Below are positions 60,294-64,000 of a DNA stretch of 64,000 bases, in pieces. The stretch spans positions 67,367-131,366 of the forward strand of contig JAFXOW010000010.1 in NCBI GenBank assembly GCA_017528315.1, read 5' to 3'. The position numbers and the translations under genes were made by a program. The DNA is from Bacilli bacterium (GTDB taxonomy: Bacteria > Bacillota_I > Bacilli_A > RF39 > UBA660). Under the pieces are notes generated by a model, which worked only from the letters and a program-made list of their open reading frames with translations, had not been told where the DNA came from and made no database searches. Each line of letters opens with the position of its first letter. Positions within the stretch are counted from its first letter, which is position 1.

Positions 60294-63233
60294 ATGTATA
60301 CTGATTATTCCGAAGAAAAAGAAGAAAATTATTATGCAGATGATGATAATAATAATGGATTTGATAATGAAAAATTAAAAAAAATTGTTTTTTATGTGAT
60401 AATTGGAGTGGTTGGTCTTATTTTAATTATATTGCTTGCTAAAGGATGTACTAAGAAAACTAATCAAGGTCAAAGTAGTCAAAGTACTAGTGATCCAGTT
60501 GTTGTTATTCCATATAAGAGTATGTCATTAGCAGTTGGAGAAACTGATACAATACTTGGAGATGTTTATTTTAATAAAGATGAAAATCCAGTTATTGTGT
60601 GGACATCCGAAAATAGTAATGTTGTTCGTGTATCTGATGATGGTTCAGTTGAAGCAGTTGGTGAAGGATCAACTGATGTTATTGGTAAATATGTTGAAAA
60701 TGGAAAAGAATATACTAGTAAATGTTTAGTAACGGTAACATCAAAAGACATTGTACCTCAAAGTATTTCTTTTGAACAAGAAAAAATAGATATAAGTGCA
60801 GGAGGAAGTTTTTTGCTTCAATATACTGTTACTCCAACGGATGCTAAAGTTCGAGATTTAGTTTATGAAAGTGCTGATAAAGCTATTGCGTTAGTTGACA
60901 ATTCTGGATATATTTATGGTATTTCTGCTGGTACAACAACAATTACTTTAAAAACAAGTGATGAAAATGTTAAAGCAAGTATCACAGTTAATGTTGTTGA
61001 AGCAGAAAATGATGAACCAGTTGTCAATTTAGATCCTGTAAGTTTAAAGATTAGTGGTTTATCAAATGGATTGGCTATTAATAATACAAGTACTATTAAT
61101 TATGAAATTTTACCAACTAATGCAACTAATAGAAAAATTACTTGGGAAAGTAGTAATCCTGAAGTTGCAACGGTTGAGGATGGTGTTGTCAAAGGAATAA
61201 GTGCTGGAACGGCAACGATAATTGCAACAACTGAGAATGGAATATCTGATAAGATAGTTGTAACAGTTGAAACTTCGAGTGTTCCGGTTGAATCAATAAC
61301 TATAGTTGGTGATACTTCTATTACAATTACAAGAGGTGGAACTAAACAACTGGAATTTAATATAACTCCAGAAAATGCTACCAATAAAGAAGTTAAATTT
61401 TCATCAAGCAATACAAATATTGTTTTTGTTACATCAGATGGCATGATGGCGGCTTTAGAACCTGGAAGTTCTGTTGTTACAATTACAACAAAAGATCAAA
61501 ATAAAGTTGCAACAGTTAATGTTACTGTAAAATCGGATGAAGATGGTTCGTCTGGCGGAGATGATTCGTTTGATGGAGGCGATTCGTCTGGTGGAGGTGA
61601 TTCGTCTGGTGGAGGCGATTCGTCAGGAGGAAGTGATTCATCGGATCCAAGCGAAGAAACTTGTACTGCACCTATAGCATCTAATATCTTGAGTATTTCT
61701 CACGATGCTTCAAGTGGAAAAATTTCTACCCAATCTTTTACACTTGCTGCAAGTCAAAAACTATCAGGAAATAATATTAATGTTAAATTAGATAATTTTG
61801 GTTCAGCATGTTTTAAAGATGCAACATATACAGTTAAATATGGAAGTAGTAGTACTAATTTAAAAACAATGTCAAATTTCAATTCGATAAATTTACCTAC
61901 GGAAAGTGGAAGCTCTTTAGTTACTTTAACCTATAAAGGATATTATTTAATAGAAGTTAGTGCTAAATTAAAATCTAATGATACAACCTTAACTAAGTCA
62001 TATTATGCTTACAAATCTACTGGTAGTAGTTGTACAAAAAATTGTACATTAGATAATCCAAGTAGTGGATCAGAAGATGGTTCAAGTAGTGGATCTAGTG
62101 GTGGATCTAGTACTGGTTCAGGAAGTGGTACTGGTGGCGGAACTGGAAGTAGTTTATGTACTTTAGATTCTTTCTCTATTACTTCTAATCAATATTCTTA
62201 TGGTGCACGAACTTCTACTAGCAATTGGTACACAACTGATAGTACGTTCTTCAAAAATAGTAGTCCAGTTCCTGCTTTGACGGTTACTAAATATGATTCA
62301 TGTATAAAAAGTGTAAGTTATAAAGTATATCGTAATTCAACTTCCTCAACTAAAACTCAAACTTTAGTTAGATCAGGTAATAGTTTAAAGAAAAATAGTA
62401 GTATAGAACTTGGAACAACTGATGGTTATTATTATGTGACTGTTACATTTAAAAGTAATAGTGGTAATACTTTTACAAAACAGTATTATGCAGTTGTAAA
62501 AATATCATCTAATAGTTCAACTTCTGGTAATAGTAATAATTATATAAGTATTTTGCCTGCTAATGATACTACAAATGGTCAAACGACGTATGTAATCACT
62601 AAAATACCTTCAACTGTTCAATACGTATATTATTGTACATCAAAGACCAAAAATGACTGTTCACTTAATACAACTACTGGTAAATACAGATTAAGTTTTA
62701 CAAGTGATAATAAACGATTTACAACAATTTCGTATTCTTCTTCATCTAATTCTTCACAAAAAGGTGCCAGAGCATGTTTTAGAGCTTGGAATTCATCAGG
62801 ATGGCTTGGTCAGCCAATTTGTTTAAATGTTCAAAATAAAACCTCTTCATCAACTACTGGTTCAAATTCTTATACAATATCTGTACAAAAAGACTCGGGA
62901 CCAACAACATCTGGTTCATACAGTAAGGGTGATTTAGTAATTACCTGTTCATATAATATAACTGTACCTACGGGTGTTGATCACATAAGACACGCATATT
63001 CATATGTAAGTTACTTAGATTGTTTAAATAAATTAGATAAAAATGGGCAATATGATACTTTTAAAACAATGGATATTAAGAGGTATTCATATATACAAAA
63101 AAATGCCAATAATTCTAAAGTAGTTTATACGTGTTTTACTGGATATAATAAGTCTGGTGAGAAAATTACTAATCGTGTTTATAAGAGTATTATGTATAAC
63201 AGTACTACACTTAAATCGTCTTGTACAAGCTAA
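60294..63233 (+). CDS. large cell-surface protein with multiple Big_2 (bacterial Ig-like) domains, Gly/Ser/Asp-rich linkers and Cys-containing C-terminal domains
   Basis: 979 aa. N-terminal TM anchor. At least four Big_2-like repeats (…KISWESSNPEVATVEDGVVKGISAGTATIIATT…). Low-complexity linkers (SGGGDSS)n and (GS)n. Confidence 0.6.
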   Translation: MYTDYSEEKEENYYADDDNNNGFDNEKLKKIVFYVIIGVVGLILIILLAKGCTKKTNQGQSSQSTSDPVVVIPYKSMSLAVGETDTILGDVYFNKDENPVIVWTSENSNVVRVSDDGSVEAVGEGSTDVIGKYVENGKEYTSKCLVTVTSKDIVPQSISFEQEKIDISAGGSFLLQYTVTPTDAKVRDLVYESADKAIALVDNSGYIYGISAGTTTITLKTSDENVKASITVNVVEAENDEPVVNLDPVSLKISGLSNGLAINNTSTINYEILPTNATNRKITWESSNPEVATVEDGVVKGISAGTATIIATTENGISDKIVVTVETSSVPVESITIVGDTSITITRGGTKQLEFNITPENATNKEVKFSSSNTNIVFVTSDGMMAALEPGSSVVTITTKDQNKVATVNVTVKSDEDGSSGGDDSFDGGDSSGGGDSSGGGDSSGGSDSSDPSEETCTAPIASNILSISHDASSGKISTQSFTLAASQKLSGNNINVKLDNFGSACFKDATYTVKYGSSSTNLKTMSNFNSINLPTESGSSLVTLTYKGYYLIEVSAKLKSNDTTLTKSYYAYKSTGSSCTKNCTLDNPSSGSEDGSSSGSSGGSSTGSGSGTGGGTGSSLCTLDSFSITSNQYSYGARTSTSNWYTTDSTFFKNSSPVPALTVTKYDSCIKSVSYKVYRNSTSSTKTQTLVRSGNSLKKNSSIELGTTDGYYYVTVTFKSNSGNTFTKQYYAVVKISSNSSTSGNSNNYISILPANDTTNGQTTYVITKIPSTVQYVYYCTSKTKNDCSLNTTTGKYRLSFTSDNKRFTTISYSSSSNSSQKGARACFRAWNSSGWLGQPICLNVQNKTSSSTTGSNSYTISVQKDSGPTTSGSYSKGDLVITCSYNITVPTGVDHIRHAYSYVSYLDCLNKLDKNGQYDTFKTMDIKRYSYIQKNANNSKVVYTCFTGYNKSGEKITNRVYKSIMYNSTTLKSSCTS

Positions 63234-63335
63234 AATATTATAAATGATGAATAAAAGTCAATTGATTTGGCTTTTTTTCTTGTATTTATAAGCTTTTTGT
63301 GGTATTATATAACTAATTATTTTGGGGGTATATTA

Positions 63336-64000
63336 TGGATAACAAATTATATGAAATAGCTTTGAAAAAATATAATGATTATTTGTTTATAAATATAGAT
63401 AGAAAATTATATTTAAGTTATGTTAAAAAAAATATTAGTACTGCTAATATAGAAGAATTTGAAAGTAGATTAAATAAGTTTTTTATAGGACAAGTTACTG
63501 ATTGTTTAAAAGAAAATAAAGAAGAAACAATAAGCAATTATATTAATTTTGTAAGTAATGATGAAAGTTATTATAAAGTAGTTAATTCATTAAGAAAAAT
63601 TAATCATTTTTTAGTCTGTTATAAAATAAATTCAGATCTTGATTTATTTGCTTATTTAATTGAAAATAATGATGAATTAAATAATTTACTTAAAATATTT
63701 GTGAATAAAAATATAAATATAATAAAAAATGATAAATTATTTGAGTTAAATATTTCAGAAAATATTATTACTATGATTGAGATATACTGTAATATAAATG
63801 ATATTGAAATAAAAGAAGATTTTGAAATAGAATCTATTTCAACTATAGAAAATCAAATTGGAGCATATTATAATGAAATAAAAAAATATCCTTTGTTAAC
63901 TTTTAAAGACCAACAAGAAATATTTAAAAAAATAGAAACAGGTGATAAAGAAGCTAAAGATTTTTTTATTAAATGTAATTTAAGATTAGTTTTCAAATAT
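63336..64000 (+). CDS. sigma-70 family RNA polymerase sigma factor with long unique N-terminal extension (3' partial)
   Basis: C-terminal part of the visible ORF matches sigma-70 regions 1.2/2.1 (…YYNEIKKYPLLTFKDQQEIFKKIETGDKEAKDFFIKCNLRLVFKY). About 190 aa of unrelated N-terminal sequence. Runs off window end. Confidence 0.6.

Noticed and set aside
1-64000. CRISPR arrays or rRNA genes
   Set aside because: No regularly spaced direct repeats with unique spacers were seen. No rRNA-like GC-rich conserved blocks are present. The only repeats are the palindromic terminator-like element, the DGR TR/VR pair and coding tandem repeats.

Overview
This is a 64 kb window from a very AT-rich (roughly 27-30% GC), standard-genetic-code, spore-forming low-GC Firmicute. 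The evidence for sporulation is a near-canonical GerE and YjcZ-type tiny membrane proteins; lipoprotein lipoboxes are also present, and the organism is possibly Erysipelotrichaceae/Clostridia-like.

Backbone content:
- rpsO-pnp, then tRNA-Thr.
- A SufU-like / hexapeptide-repeat / glmM group.
- A sensor with a degenerate GGDEF domain.
- Arginase, murE, tig, and at the clpX position an unusual 800-aa tandem ClpX-like protein.
- punA, gerE, a radical-SAM protein, tRNA-Leu/tRNA-Met (minus strand), rdgB, der, a DagK-family lipid kinase, prsA.
- A complete S10-spc-alpha ribosomal protein operon (rpsJ to rplQ, including secY-adk-map-infA-rpmJ; no rpmD).
- A large Big_2 surface protein and the 5' part of a sigma-70-family factor.

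The main discovery is an accessory surface-protein cluster at about 36.8-44.3 kb that contains a complete diversity-generating retroelement (DGR):
- A reverse transcriptase at 41868-42821 with the DGR-specific IGxxxSQ and YxDD motifs.
- An upstream Avd-like small basic protein.
- A 131-bp template repeat (41610-41740).
- A matching variable repeat at the 3' end of a C-type-lectin-fold surface protein gene (40543-40673). Mismatches are almost all at template adenines, and asparagine AAC codons are diversified.
- A GC-rich hairpin just downstream of the variable repeat.
- A second paralogous target-like gene with a decayed variable repeat.
- An unexpected small MutS mismatch-binding-domain-like ORF inside the cassette.

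The cluster is flanked by a decay zone containing a truncated ATPase gene, a pseudogenised Rpn-family nuclease/transposase, and terminator-like and promoter-like motifs that are repeated elsewhere in the window. Other items of note: tiny YjcZ-like ORFs, an ORF6N-PLD-like fusion with a truncated duplicate, and a frameshift at an A8 tract in a membrane-protein gene next to a tandem PII-like protein.
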